Origin: Antedon mediterranea
Taxonomy: Eukaryota; Animalia; Echinodermata
Direction of reading: 5' to 3'
Assembly (NCBI RefSeq): GCF_964355755.1
Contig: NC_092674.1
Coordinates: 20,026,001-20,090,000, forward strand
DNA length: 64,000 nucleotides
The notes below the pieces were generated by a model that made no database searches, had not been told where the DNA came from, and saw only the letters and a program-made list of their open reading frames with translations. Of this stretch, positions 24,201-37,821 are shown piece by piece (the stretch's first letter is position 1; every line of letters starts with the position of its first letter). Position numbers and translations under genes: made by a program.

Positions 24201-27200
24201 GAGGGCTAAACCAAGGGCATTTGCCCTGTGCGTTACACCACTGGGTGTATACAGAGTTCTGCATTTTTAAATGTACTTTTACCTTTGTCATGTTCCTCAA
24301 CTTCATCCCTTATAGCCGAGTTGATCGTATCATCAAACTCGTCAAATCTGTAGTTAATTTGTTTGCGACTTCTTCTAGATCGTCTTTCAATAACTTCATA
24401 CTTTTCTTCCTCAAAATCCTCAACATAATCCTCATATCGTCTTTTCTTTTTCTTTCGTTTTGGTTTTTCAATTACAAGCGTCTCCTATAAAAATGATAAT
24501 TATAAATTCAATAATGATCTGAAAACTTTTCAAAGTAAAACCAAAGTGAAACCAAGAATATTATGGACGAATTTCATTTTTAATTTATCTCTTTTAAATA
24601 GTTTAGCATTACACACAAAACACATAGTAGTCAATATTAATAGGCAAGCATCTTAACCAGCAATTCCAATTTTGTTTGCGGTCTATTATAGCTACAAATC
24701 CCAAGTGTAGAATTTCATATAACACCACTTCAGGCAAGTGGTAAATAGGTCTAAAATATTTAGGAAAAATAGTACTTACTGCAGGAAGAATGTTAGCTTC
24801 ACTGATGCCTACGTATGTCAGCAGACTCTTTCTATTAAAACAAATTTTAAAAAATGCTTAATAATTTTTATAGTATAACTACAAATCAAAGAAATAATAT
24901 ATAAACCTGTCATGTGACCTTTCTGCAGAATATGTTACATGGATTATATTGTAAATTACACAGCATAGAAGTCGTACCAGTCAGTAATATTAGTCGGATT
25001 TGTGGTACAGCAGCTATGAGGATTGAAATAGTCAGTCAGTTAATTCATATAATACCACCGAATACAATACATTACTGATGCCAGGTTTATTCAACTGGTC
25101 TGATGTGAGGAGATCTACTTCCTCTGACTCCTCACTTTTTCTATCCAAGAAGAATAGTTTGAGGAGCACATAAATGCCCGGTCGATTACTGTCATATGTC
25201 ATCTTTAGTGAATTCAATGCAATCATTTTCCTTGTAAAAGAAATCTTACTTTCGCTTCTTTCTGGCTTTCACTTTAAGTTCATGATCCAGTGATTCAAGG
25301 GTGTTTTCCAACTTGGCAATAAGTTTGACCTGTAAAAAACAATTCTGAAATGTGAAATTACCCTGAACATACAACATTAGTTTATTGTTTCATTACTACT
25401 ACTGTTGGCTTACAAAGACTTTTACAGTTTTTAAACAATCTTTTATGCGTTCATCCACCTCTATCCATCAATTTAATTTTATACATACAATTACTTTCAT
25501 AGTTAGTGGAAATGAAACTGGTAAATTTACTGGTAATAATGACATGAAAACATAATGTAACATTAGTCAAAGTACAGTAATTACAAATTTACGAATGAAA
25601 GAACAAAATAATAATAAGTTTTTATAATTAGTAGTATTTTTTTTTCTTTTTGTGCCATGGTCCACTTTTATTTAATTTTATTCAATAATATTGTGTATAT
25701 GATGCATAATAAAATTATTGTACATAATTAATACATAATTATAATAATTTACTTATTATTGACATTAATCATAATAATTTTTTATTTTAATTAATCAATA
25801 ATAATCAATAATTAGTAGTCCTGATATTATTTTTCATGAATTCTGATCGGAGGAAAAAGGAGAAAAACAAGTACAGTAATCTGACCAATCACAAGATTAT
25901 ACGCACTGGAGTGTCACCGTTATTAAAATGCCATGTGCATACATGCATTGCTTTCTTGTTAATTTAAAACAACATCTAATAATTGATCAAATAACTTACA
26001 TGTTCACAGCTTGGACAAAACCAATCACCATCGGGAATAATCATCAATGGTGGACGTAGGCAAGCTGTATGATAGCCAGCATCACAGCTGTCGCATAACA
26101 AGATCTGAAAAGCAATTACTGTACTGATTATTGCTGCTTTGTGTTCACTTAACGTTCATTCATTTTTTTTAAAGTAGTAAAATTCAGATTCAATATGATC
26201 ATATTTCTTAGGCATGGGTACCGTAATGGCCAATTTAAAGAGACGAGTGGTAACGGTAGGTGGAATCTGCGTAGCTTGTCCCACATAGAATCTGTATCTA
26301 TCCTGAGTGGAAACCGTTAACTATGTGTAAATGGTCATAAGGAACACTAACATAGATTCTATATTTGTGTTACTGTCACTGTTCATCTGTGTAAATTAGC
26401 CTAATCCATAGCGAATTTATCGGCAAAGCCTAGATATTCCATCTTTTTAGTACCGCGTACACAATTTCATGCAAAAGGGCTTACACTGATGCACCCATTT
26501 TTCGATCAACCATGAAGGGAAAACCAATAACAGAACTTTTCAGCGAAATACCAGATCTTCCCAAATTTTTATTAATGCATTCGGCCAAAAAAGAAAAGAC
26601 AATTAATTCAGCAATGAGACAACATCAGGCCTATAGCTAGGATATGATGTTAGTACGTTACCTCTCTTTACCACCTAGGCCTACAAAAGCCTAGCAGAAC
26701 GTACATTTAAGACGAGGAATGGCCTGGTTTAAAATCAGAATCGCCTATCACAAGTAAAGTGTCTTTAAACAGTGTTACTATAAATTTTAAGAATTATATT
26801 AATTTGTACCCATTCAGGATGGTTGTACTGATGACATTTTCCACACGGACTATCATTCTCTTCACTCTTTTCTTCTTTTTCCTCTTCTGTCTGTTCTTTT
26901 TCTTCTTCCACCTCATCCTCATCTTTCATCTCTTCCATTTTCTCTACAGCTTTTCTGGAGGATCTTCTCCTTGGTGTGTAGCGGATTGGAACTCGTCTCT
27001 TCTTCTTCTTTTTAGTTTTCTTTTCTTCAGCCTTTGTATCTTCATCTATGTAAATTGAATAAAACAATAATAACTACACACTGGCAAAGATACCTGTCCC
27101 ATAGTGGGTTTCAAATGTAGTTTAAAACCTTCCCAGCACAATTCTGGTCCATGTGTATGTATGTGTACAGTAGAAAAAATGTGAATACCGAACAAAAGTG

Positions 27201-30200
27201 ATTACAGAAAAGTTTTACATTTGCAACAGACAATATACAAGAATTTATCACAGAAATTTTTTACATATATAACAATGTTAAGCCTATTTTCCACTAGGCA
27301 AATTTGTTCGTGTAAATTCAATGTTTTCACATAGTAAAAATCATACTATCCTTTCCCACACAAGAGTAAATTACTGTAGCTGCGACTTTAATTTCCAATG
27401 TGTCTATCTTTTTCGATTCACATGAGTCATAATTCAATTCTGATCTGGTTGCGCAATTTTTCGATTTGCAAAAAGTAGAAACCATTTAAACTACAAACTC
27501 AAACGAGCATTTGTCTGAGAAAGGTGTTTAAAAGATTGAATACGCATGCTGACGCTTTAGAATGAAACATCTACAGTAGTAGTAATTGGATGGTAATGGA
27601 AGTTGTATCATTTTTTAAAGCAATGTACTGAAATTGAGTGGGATAGAAATACTGCAGTCTATTCAATAAAATCAAGGAAAACTTTCACTTTCAAACAATC
27701 TCTCCACTACGTAGTAATAATTAAATTTGTATCAAAGTTCAAAATAAACACAAACCTTTTTCTTCATCACTGGCTTTCTCCTTTTCTTTATTCTCATATT
27801 CGTCTTTCTCCTTTTCTTTATTCTCATATTCGTCTTTCTCCTTTTCTTTATTCTCATATTTGTCTTTTTCCTTTTCTTTATTCCCCTTTTCTTCTTTCTC
27901 CTTTTCTTCATTCTCATATTCTTCTTTCTCCTTTTCTTTATTCTCATTTTCTGCTTGTTTCTCTTCACTGTTATGACTATTCTCTTCTTTTTTTCTATTT
28001 GTTGGAGTTGCATCATTAGTTTCATCCTGTTTTTCAAGTTTGAGACGAGTAACAATTACTGAAGCTCTCACTGGCTTCTCACCGTTCTTTTCGTTACATT
28101 CACTATCCTTCATTACAACATCATCATCTACATCTTTACTTTCATCTGATTTTTGTTCTTCTTTTACTTTACACTCAACATTTTGTTTCTTATTATCATC
28201 TATATTGTCTTTAGATCTTTCCTCCTTTTCTTTAGTTGTTTGTTCCTTGATTGTATCTACTGTTTTAATCTCTTTACTCTCTTCAGCAGTTTTTTCATTT
28301 TTTGTCTCAATCATTTTATCCCTTGTTGATTCTGTTTCTTTATTTTTCTCTTTATTTCCATTACTTTCAACATCCTCTTTTTCACTATTTCCTTCGGTCT
28401 TTTTATCCCTTTCTACTTTTTTATCAGTTTCTTTTTCATCTTTCATTCCAATGTCTTTCTCATTAACCTTTTCTTTTACTTTTGCTTCTGTATCGTTTTC
28501 ATTTTTATCTTCACTACTCGTTGATTCTTCATCTTCTACAATATCGGGAAGTTTTAACTTTTCTATTAACCCATAAAGTTGATTTCTATCACTAAATAAA
28601 AAAAATTACTAAATTAAGTAAATAATTAATAATATAGTAATACATAAATAATTAATTAATTTATATGAACACACTTCATAAAGTGACCTGATATTGAAGA
28701 TACATTGAAAGGTACCTCCTTAGCTAACCTTTGCTAGTTTACAATTTACTACATAAACATGAATTGGCAGATTAAGCACCTTTGCTAAACAAAAATGTAC
28801 ATTATTTTTTCAAAAATTACATTTAGATTTCCACTAGCAATTATGAAAACCTATTAGCAATTTGATAGTTTGCTAGGGAAAATTTTCGAGCCCTGTATTG
28901 TTAATTTTAACAACATTAACGTTTGGGGTTAATACACTTGAATCTGTAGATTAGATGATAAAAGTACTAACTAGGATATAAGTTGCCATGTTGAACTGTC
29001 ATCATCATCTTGTTCTTCTCTGTACAGACGGATGTTAGCATCCTGATCCTGGTAAGAAATCAAATAATGTTGTCGTTACAATAACTTCATCATAAAGTAA
29101 TTGTACATTTAATTTGCAGATAAAAAATTCTATCTTTCTATCATTTTTAAGTTCCAGAAAGATAACATTTTTTTGTGTATACAATAGTGGCAATGTTGTT
29201 TTTGCTTGCATGTTTACTGAGTTTACTTGTGCAGCACTGTGTTCATGAACATGTGATAACTCATTTTCTGAGCTCTGATTGGTTGCATTTTTGCACCTCA
29301 AACAGTTAACTGTTTAAATTACTAATGTCCCTGAAGCGAAAAACTCAAGGAATTAGAAATTTGTCACAGAAAGGGATTTGGCAGGATGGCAATATAATGC
29401 GCATACACCATCCTGTTTGATTTAAGTGAATATACATTGGTTTTAAGTGGAAAACAGAGTACATAGTAGTACATTCATTACTGTATATCACCATTATACA
29501 CTGCATGAAGTCTGGTTTTGATAGTCGCTGAGGCAATATTCGTCACTGGTAGCAAAGGGAGGTTTCTTCTGTTTTACTGGTTTTTATGTAACAAATTAAA
29601 AAAAAAATATGAATTTGATTTGAACACTATCATCATTAAATAAATACCTTTTGATACCAATACACTAGTCCGGTTTTATCTCTTCCAATTGGTTGAAGGC
29701 GCATTTTGTCAGGACTTTCTTCATTAACGACATCACGCACTTTAGCATTAGTATCAAACTGTGACTCACACAAAAACTAATTTAGAAATAAAATATAATT
29801 TGTTGTATATAAAACAGTTTCTGCTGTCACTTACAGAAGATGACAGGTAACAAATGCACTGATTAAAAAATAAATAAAAAAACAAGCTTTTAGGATCAGA
29901 ATGCAATGTATTTGTACAGTATGTGTGCAATATTAGTACTGTATCCTGAAGTTTAAAGATTATTATGAATGTTGTAATAGAAAATAAATTAATAATATTA
30001 ACAACTTGATCATTGTAATAATGTAATTCAGTTGAACAATAATCTGTATTTTTATATACAGTACAGTATATAATGAATTCCAACAATATTTTGAAGGATA
30101 AAACCAACCTTAATTTAAGAATACTTTAACTTTCATATCTGAATTTGCAGAATCACCCATGCATTGAGGGAGATTCGAATCATGTAAATGGACAGTACAA

Positions 30201-31270
30201 TTTTAGTATGCACGTACTGTACTTTTAAAGTAACAAATCCAGAAAGAGTACCTTAAGTAAATTAACCTTGGAGTCCAGTTTGATCTCAGTGTAGCCAAAC
30301 TCTTCAATCTCCCATGCATACATTGGGTTACACCAATGACGTAACATCTGAAACAACATAGATACAATATTTAATAATTCAATTTATCTGTTGTCTTTTA
30401 TGTTTTTGAATATTAATAATACACTCAATTCTTTGTAAACACACTAAATAATACTACTGTTTGTTAGTTCATTTGTCATCCAATAACAAACCTTAGCCAA
30501 CTGTTTTTCCCAGCGTTCAACTGATACATTCTTGATTATTCTTCTCATTAACTTAATATGCATAAACAGCAACTCCTGGCTCACTGAAATTATAATAATA
30601 AAACAATTACCCTAGGGTATATAGGATAGTAGTAGCTAGCCTAGCTAGGCCTTAGCCATAAGGCATCCAGCCTATAATATGTAGGGCTAGCTAGGAGGGC
30701 CTATTATAATGCCGTAGCTAGCTAGCTAGGCCTATTAAGATAGCTAGGAGGGGCTTAGCTAAAAACGTGGTCGTGCGGTATTGTTACGGCCTAGGTATAT
30801 GATATGACTATGTTTCTGAAATAAAATATTATTTTTTTATTTCTCAAATCTCTGAGGCCTAGCTAGGCTACTACACTAGATAATGCTAGGCCTATCACCG
30901 GTCAGTGGGCTTGCTATACTAGCGTAAGCCTAGGTTGGCTAGGTGCAGGCAGGGCCTCTAGTATACTTACTAGCTAGGCCTAGTAGTGTTTAGTAAGTAG
31001 GCCTACTACACACTGACTAGCCCTAGCCTAGGCCTAGATAGTATCATTATCTGCAGACGCTTGGTTTGGGAAAATTTAAAACCTTGTTAAAACAATCTCT
31101 TATTTGGCTTGAACAAGATAAATCATTTACAAACCTTGCTCCACATTTTCCAGTGATTCCTGTAATTCCGGAATTGTTAGGTCAGGTAGCTGCAAATGCT
31201 CGCCATAACGCTGTAAAAACGAACAAACTACAGCAAAATTTGGATTTTTGTACACACTTTCAGACGCCAT
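21256..31270 (-). CDS. RSF1: Remodeling and spacing factor 1 (DDT/WHIM N-terminus, acidic region, PHD finger), ~14 coding exons
   Basis: Exon 1 (31270-31135) reads [31 protein letters not shown]. Later exons read [21 protein letters not shown] (~30583-30492), [10 protein letters not shown] (~30347-30252), LCESQFD...[18 protein letters not shown] (~29777-29648), [15 protein letters not shown] (~29048-28972), a large acidic exon (~28591-27756), a PHD finger CGKC...HPEW / [33 protein letters not shown] (~27046-26809, ~26104-25999) and [10 protein letters not shown]. The last exon (22097-21256) ends [14 protein letters not shown]. Confidence 0.95.
23839..23995 (+). repeat. 3 x 51-bp tandem repeat in an RSF1 intron
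   Basis: AAGATACCAAGGCCTAGATACACACGGATTACTGCATTCA(G/T)GCAACACAAT occurs three times. Confidence 0.92.
24107..24243. mobile_element. Short hAT-type MITE remnant
   Basis: TIRs CAGTGGCGTAAC and GTTACACCACTG. The TSD is not clean. Confidence 0.55.
27775..27951 (-). repeat. Coding 30-bp tandem repeat ([10 protein letters not shown])x~6 in the RSF1 acidic exon
   Basis: TTTCTCCTTTTCTTTATTCTCATATTCGTC units; the translation is visible in ORF 27739-28446. Confidence 0.9.
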
Positions 31271-31337
31271 GGTTTAGCACTCATTTTATATTGTAAACAA
31301 TGTAATAACACAGAGGGCGCTCGATTATTTGCACCAC

Positions 31338-31362
31338 CAGAGCCATATATATAATGGCTCTG
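31338..31362. mobile_element. 25-bp micro-element / P-like excision footprint just upstream of the RSF1 start codon
   Basis: TGCACCAC-[CAGAGCCAT ATATATA ATGGCTCTG]-TGCACCAC: perfect 8-bp TSD and 9-bp TIR. Confidence 0.7.
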
Positions 31363-32221
31363 TGCACCACCTAAATAATAATCCTTGGCCTCGTTGAACA
31401 AAAGTTTTAAAAGACCAGCTGCACTTCGCGCGCGGAGGAAGGAACAGAATTTTAATACCGACACAAAAAACAAAATTATTTTTAATGGAGTTGTTACGAA
31501 TTCATCATTTATAAATTCCAACCAATCTAGGCTTCTTGTATGTCAATATTGAAATAAAAACACAAAAATCGCGCATGATTGGATTGGAGGTTCTACAGTA
31601 GTATTTAGGCCTACTTAATATTAATTAAGTCCGCATTTAACGCATGTATAGTACAGTATGAATAGAATAACACGCTAACACAGCAATACTAACAGGTGGT
31701 CTCTCTTTTTTTTGTGAATTGTTTTAATACACGAATACCAATTAGCCATTCAAACTTGATATGGTCATCCAAAATGAAAGTGACAATGTTAATTATTTTG
31801 AAAAGGTTTAAACAAAAGAAGAAATAAACAAGAAACATTTCTCAGTACAACAAAGTACGCCGCTCGACTTTTTGACGTAACAATTTTAATTATTGTTCTC
31901 CCTTCATTATAATAATGCTTTTATTGATATTCTATTTAATAAATTAAAAACAATGATTTTTCAATTATTTTTGTTTAATGAGCAGTCAGTAAACATTTTG
32001 TATAACACAAATATAGTATATAAAATGCTCTATAATAAATCATGAATCGGCAGCCGTTAACCTAAAACTCGTGTGTTTGTTTATGATTAGCCTATTTGTG
32101 CATGTTTGAAAGTCATTGACTCGGACCATGGAGTAGGCCTAAAGAATATATATAATAAAAAAATTAGTTCCAGAAACGATTCCACTACATTTTAAATCTT
32201 AGTTTTAGACCTAAGATAGAT

Positions 32222-32239
32222 CATGGAACTTTCTCCATG
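32222..32239. mobile_element. 18-bp micro-element / P-like excision footprint
   Basis: GATAGAT-[CATGGAACTTTCTCCATG]-GATAGAT: 7-bp TSD. Confidence 0.65.
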
Positions 32240-32348
32240 GATAGATTTAGGCCTACAATGTAATAATAAAAAGAGGGAGCTATGTTCTCCACAAACATTG
32301 CACTTGGCCTATTATAATACTACAAGTATTTTTGTAACAAACCTGAAG

Positions 32349-32369
32349 CATAGAGATATATTCTCTATG
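32349..32369. mobile_element. 21-bp micro-element / P-like excision footprint
   Basis: CCTGAAG-[CATAGAGA TATAT TCTCTATG]-CCTGAAG: 7-bp TSD and 8-bp TIR. Confidence 0.7.
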
Positions 32370-33307
32370 CCTGAAGGAACTTCATAGTTTTCACATTAAA
32401 GTCACACCACAATGCCACACACAATAGGCCTAAGACAGTATGACAATACAATCTTAACATCAATAGGGCATTACTAGTATACTACACAACAAAGGTGTAG
32501 TGGATTGAGAACTTATTTTTTTCTTTATCATACAGATAGATTTCCAAAAATTGTATAACATCAAATTCATTATAACACCATCGTCAGCAGGTTGTTACAT
32601 TTTATAGATCTTTAGTCTAGTTTTTTTTAACCCTGTTATTATTTTTACATATTTTTTTTTCTGAAGGCTACAGCAGAAAGCTGTTTTCCTCTATTTATAT
32701 GTCTTCCTCGTCCCCAATCATGAGCCAACTTTATACCCGCCACCATTCTGGTGCCGACTCTGTCCCTCTCCATGATACAGGTGAATTCGGCTTTATTTTT
32801 CGTAACAAAAAGATTGAATTTAGTGAGACGTCGTTCAATATCGAAAATTAATACATTCATAGGCCTACTGATGGTAGGATAATTGTTGATTACCGCTGTA
32901 TCAACGACGACTCGGTTTTTTATTTTTTTAGGCATGAATACTTACAAGCAGTATCCAATGTTCAAATTAAAAACCTAACATTACGTTGTTCAATAGAATT
33001 AGTAGGCCTACATTACTATAATTAATATACACGTCCAATAAAGAATCTGAAACAAATACTGAATTGTTACCAAAGTCTCTCGTTTGAGCCTATATTTTAC
33101 AATTATTAGATTATTTCGGTGTATATATCTCCTCCCTGAATAAATTAGACCTAAACCTAAGTAACATAAATAAGAAATAAAGAACATTTATGAAAATCAT
33201 CATATCAAAATTAATACTGTGCTCTTCACATGAACTTATATTTTCACAATGCTTATTCAATTATTTCGGTATATCGAATTAATTAGACTTATACCTAAAT
33301 ATCATAA

Positions 33308-36052
33308 TTAAGAATTAAGAAACATATGACAATCATCAGACACAAATTTATACTGCGCATGGTCTCCTTCACTGCGGAGTACGTCACATGTCAGTGTGTT
33401 TTTCGATGTACTCTTAACCTGGAACGCAGTGCATTTGAGAGAAATGCAAAGACTAAAGCATTCAATGCGACTACGAACGGATGTTGTACTTCTCAGTATC
33501 AGATCAGATATTTCACTTTCCTTCAAGCAAACTGGGTTACCACTGTCTCCATAAACTCGTTTCGATGTATAGATATCCCTCTCTAATAAAAAAATTAATA
33601 AAATACCATTAGAATTAGAACGACATGTACTACCATCTGAGTGACTCAGAAAAATGACCAAGTGTGTAAAATTGAGCTTTGAGGGACAGCTTCCACCGAT
33701 CCAGCCGATATGACATGCCGAATTGACTGCTTCTCACTGCTGATCTCAATGTTTCCCAAATGTTGGTCCGGTCTTAACATAACGAACTGATTATTTCAGG
33801 TTTGAGGTCTCATCACACGCCTCCGTATCAAGCCCAAATGTCGTGGAGTTATTACTTAATGTCAACCAAAAGGTTTTTAATGTATGATCTGGACAAATCT
33901 GAATTCAATATTGCATATAAACATAGCATTACGATAATTGCATGGCAAGTATTTTAAGAGCTGTACCTCTTTCGCAAACATAGTTGAAAGATTTCGAGAC
34001 ACAGTTACGATCCGCCCATGTTGTTCCTAGCATCACTGCGCAATCTGCAGTGTCAGGTTCACTCGTACCATCAACATTCCGATTGTTTGGCTGACTAGGC
34101 TTCCAGTCTATAAATAAGTCTATACGTTAATTGCATTCTTTTATATTTTAAATTCACACAATTCAACCGATAATTTACTATTATTATTAATTAAGTTTAA
34201 TTACAAAACATCTTATTATTGCCCTTAATATGTTTGGAAATTATAGCAATAACAGACCGCAACGAACTAAAAATACCGTACTAGTAAAATTGTTAACCAC
34301 GTCATCACCAGTCGTCCACTTCCAAACACCTTCGACGTCTATATCGTTAAATCCAATCCACACTTTGGTACCGTTGCACATGTCCTCCATAAACATATTT
34401 TTTTCTTCTGCATCCACAGTCACTAAACTTGCCTGCTTGTCGTTGCATGCTTCAAGAGAATCAACCCAGTTGAGACGATCCTCAGACAATCTGTAGCATC
34501 TGCTGCCAAAAGGATACCACTGATTTTGACAACCAGAATCTGTGGTTTCATGAACATTTTGATGTTTAATACAGTATACATACAGCCAACTTTATTTATA
34601 TATACATATATTAAAAGGTATATGAATTCTAAACCTACGAGTGATATTCTGAAATTAATTAATTAATTTGAAACGAAAAAGATGATGAAATCTGTGAGAA
34701 TGAGGAGCCTCCTCAACCGAGATTCGAACCGGGAACCTTCTGTTTGATATGCAGATGCCCTAACCATTAGTCCACAGGGGCTATCATGTTATTGTTCAAA
34801 CTCGATTGGATAGCGACTCTATTGTACGCATGCACACAAGAGATCAAATTGATACGCCTTCATTTTGTTCAGTATTTTTAGTCACGTGCATACGCGACTC
34901 TAAAGCTCACAATGTCGGTCGGTCGGTTGGTCGATTGGTAAACACTAACTCAAATTTGTTATTCACGAAGCAAGATCTCCATTTGCTGCTTCCCAAAGGT
35001 TAACAACATTGCTTTGCTGCTTGCTACGGTGGTGTTACATATTATTATTTAGGCCTATTAGGAATTGGTTAAACATTTTGCAAATTTTTTCTCTCTTCTT
35101 TTCCAATCAAAGTCGTCTGAATCAAGATACACCGTACTTTTTTTTTAGCTCAATCTATAACATATGTAAAGTATCCGGCAACACATCCGTGACATCATCA
35201 AGAGTCCTCTCTATATCCGAATTTGCAAAGCCTTGAATGCAATCTTATAAATTGTTTATATGAGGCACTTAATGTAAATTGAAAAAACAGCCAATGTGCA
35301 TAGAAGGCAGCCAAAACAGTCAACAAGACTATACAAAAAAGTTTAAAAGTTAAATTCTAAAAATACATCAAGATTGGTAAAAACAACATTAATGCTAAAG
35401 CTACATAGGTATTCAAGTATCTTATTAATAATTAAAACAACATTAATGCTAAAGCTACATAGATATTCAAGTATCTTATTAATGATTAAAACAACATTAA
35501 TGCTAAAGCTACATAGATATTCAAGTATCTTATTAATGATTAAAACAACATTAATGCTAAAGCTACATAGATATTCAAGTATCTTATTAATGATTAAAAC
35601 AACATTAATGGTAAAGCTACATAGGTATTCAAGTATCTTATTAATGATTAATATAGTAGCAATGGGGAGTGTACCACCGTTTTACAAGAAGATTATTATT
35701 TCTCCGGTTGTTACGATATGAAGGTACGCAAACAATTACTGAACTAAACATGATCTTTTGTTTTTTTATTTGTAATTTTACAACGGCATGTTCGCTTCAA
35801 CTAAGAAATAACGTATTATAGGTTGTCCTGGTCGTCGCAAAATCGAAAAATCTCGTTCCTAAACACTCTCTAGGGCGAATAAATTGCAATAGTCGCATCA
35901 TGTGGAAAAAATGGCCAAACCCACCATCCATTAGTACAGTGTATCAGACATAGGACCTACTCACCGGTTGTGATGCTTGATCCAAGATAAGTAACTAACA
36001 TAAAAGCAATAATAAACGTACACTTTATCTTCATTCTCATTTCAGTATTCAT
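33308..36052 (-). CDS. Secreted C-type lectin domain + C-terminal PAN/Apple-like domain protein, 4 exons, ~253 aa
   Basis: Exons are 36052-35965 (signal peptide MKIKCTFIIAFMLVTYLGSSITT), 34539-34282 (CQNQWYPFGSRCY...WIGFNDIDVEGVWKWT), 34107-33967 (NWKPSQPNN...DCAV...WADRNC...YVCE) and 33582-33308 (VRSRIECFSLC...CTAF...C). All introns are phase 1 with GT-AG, total 762 nt in frame. Confidence 0.85.
34706..34781 (-). mobile_element. tRNA-derived SINE head or tRNA pseudogene (intronic)
   Basis: On the minus strand: A box TGGACTAATGG and B box GGTTCGAATC. The acceptor and anticodon stems are imperfect. Confidence 0.65.
34875..34940 (+). mobile_element. 5' fragment of a Helentron-associated (DINE/HINE-like) element
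   Basis: TTTTTAGTCACGTGCATACGCGACTCTA...ATGTCGGTCGGTCGG, the same family as 53457-53581. Confidence 0.6.
35379..35650 (+). repeat. 5 x 54-bp tandem repeat (intronic)
   Basis: TAAAACAACATTAATGCTAAAGCTACATAGATATTCAAGTATCTTATTAATGAT occurs five times with no spacers. Confidence 0.95.
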
Positions 36053-37821
36053 AACAAAACTGACCCTGACAAACATTGAAAATATAATGTGAAATAATTC
36101 GGCTAAACAATGTATTTTAACTTTACACAAAAATCAATTTTTGTTATTATTCACATATTTTTACAACTCGTTGGACCTAAAGCTAAGATAATATCTACAA
36201 TCAACATACTGAAATGTTTTATGAAATTCAATAACATTGTAAACTAGATTAATAAGCGTTTTTAGATATCATCTTATACTTTATAATCAATATTTTGTGT
36301 TGTTATCCAAATTGCTCCTCTTATTTACTTGGTCTCAGAGAAAAGATATCCACAATGAATAATTTATAAAACATTTTAAATACCCATACTGGAAAACATA
36401 TCGATCGATAAAGTAGGCCTATTTAGAACGGGAACAATAGCTGTACATAAATGCAAATTATTTGATATAACTTTACAATGAACGGTTGATCAAGGGACGT
36501 ACAGTAGAAGGCCTATATGGGCTATGGAGAAGACGTCTGCAGCTACAAATGAGTAGCCTAACTTTTTCGTGACGAAACTTTAAGCACAAATAGCTGTACA
36601 TAAATGCAGCTGGATGGAAATGAGCCCTTTGAGTCAAATTAATTTTTTGCTGAAATGTGCTTAATTATTTATTATTATATCCAAAATCTTCCCATTATAA
36701 ATTACTTAATTTGCATAAAATAAAAATGCCCTTTGACCCTAATTATTATCCTTTATGTATGTATTAAACACAATTCATAAACGTGACCCTAGATTCAGAA
36801 TAACGCACTTGATTTGTTTTAGGGGTGACGGTCAAAGGTATTTTATTACACCATATGAATATGCCAATTGTCTCTCGAAACGTTGCTATTTTGAATAAGA
36901 ATGTACTTAATACAATATAAATATCACCCTTTGCATTAAGGTCGCTACATTTTATTTATTTAATGATTAGACATTACACCATTGTGCAACCTTTGCCCAG
37001 GAAATAGTGAGACTATCTCACCCCTTTCAGCTTAGCCAATTCAGCCAAACGCCCTATTTTGTCAGATGCACTGTATGCCTACTTTACCTCAGGACTTCTT
37101 AAATTCAATTGAGCTCATTAAGGGAACATTTTATCATTGAAAAGAAAAATTCACTGTTTAGGCCTACTAGCAGAGAAAACCTCTGGGTTTTACTAGGTCT
37201 AGTTAAAAGTAGAGCATTGATCTGTTAAAGAAAGGACTCACACGCCGTTTATCAACAGTGAGTTATAATGTTTCTTTCGCAAAAAAAAAAGCAATTTAAC
37301 ATAGCATTTATTGAATGTATCCTTAATTTCAGCCTCTTACAGGTCTAATCAGTTCTGAATAAGTGTTTACTAAGCCTCTCTGTTAACCTTCCAGGGGGGA
37401 GTATTTTGTATTTCGAATTTTTGTGTCAGGTTTTTGGTAGAAATCAAATCAACTGAAAACAGGCCCGGTTCTTTTCAACAATGAATACAACATAATTTAG
37501 CATCTTATATATAGATTGTTCTTTTTTATAAACAAAACTATGTTTTGGGCCGGGGAAAATATACTAGTTTGGTTATAAGTATGTTTAAAATTATGACAAT
37601 ACATTTAGTAACAAACAAAATAATATAAATAACATGAATAAATGTGGGTTAACTCTAAAAAGATCAGATAAGGCAAAATTACAGCAATACGAATAATAAC
37701 TTGTTTGATTTGAAATTAAATCGCAATACACTTTTCAGAAACAATTTGACTAATTTATCCGAAATATTCTATTTTTTGTTTTCAGGAATACAAATGATTA
37801 AAAAAATACTGAATTGACAAC

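Noticed and set aside
21158-28576. Ser/Leu/Phe-rich plus-strand ORFs (188, 178, 138 aa etc.)
   Set aside because: They are antisense shadows of the Glu/Lys/Asp-rich RSF1 exons.
33720-33898. Possible extra exon in the lectin gene (Cys/Trp-containing frames)
   Set aside because: All frames hit stops quickly, and exon 3 splices in frame directly to the PAN exon.
34706-34781. Functional tRNA gene
   Set aside because: The acceptor and anticodon stems are broken; a SINE head or pseudogene fits better.
35374-35721. 115-aa repetitive ORF
   Set aside because: It is a by-product of a stop-free 54-bp intronic tandem repeat.
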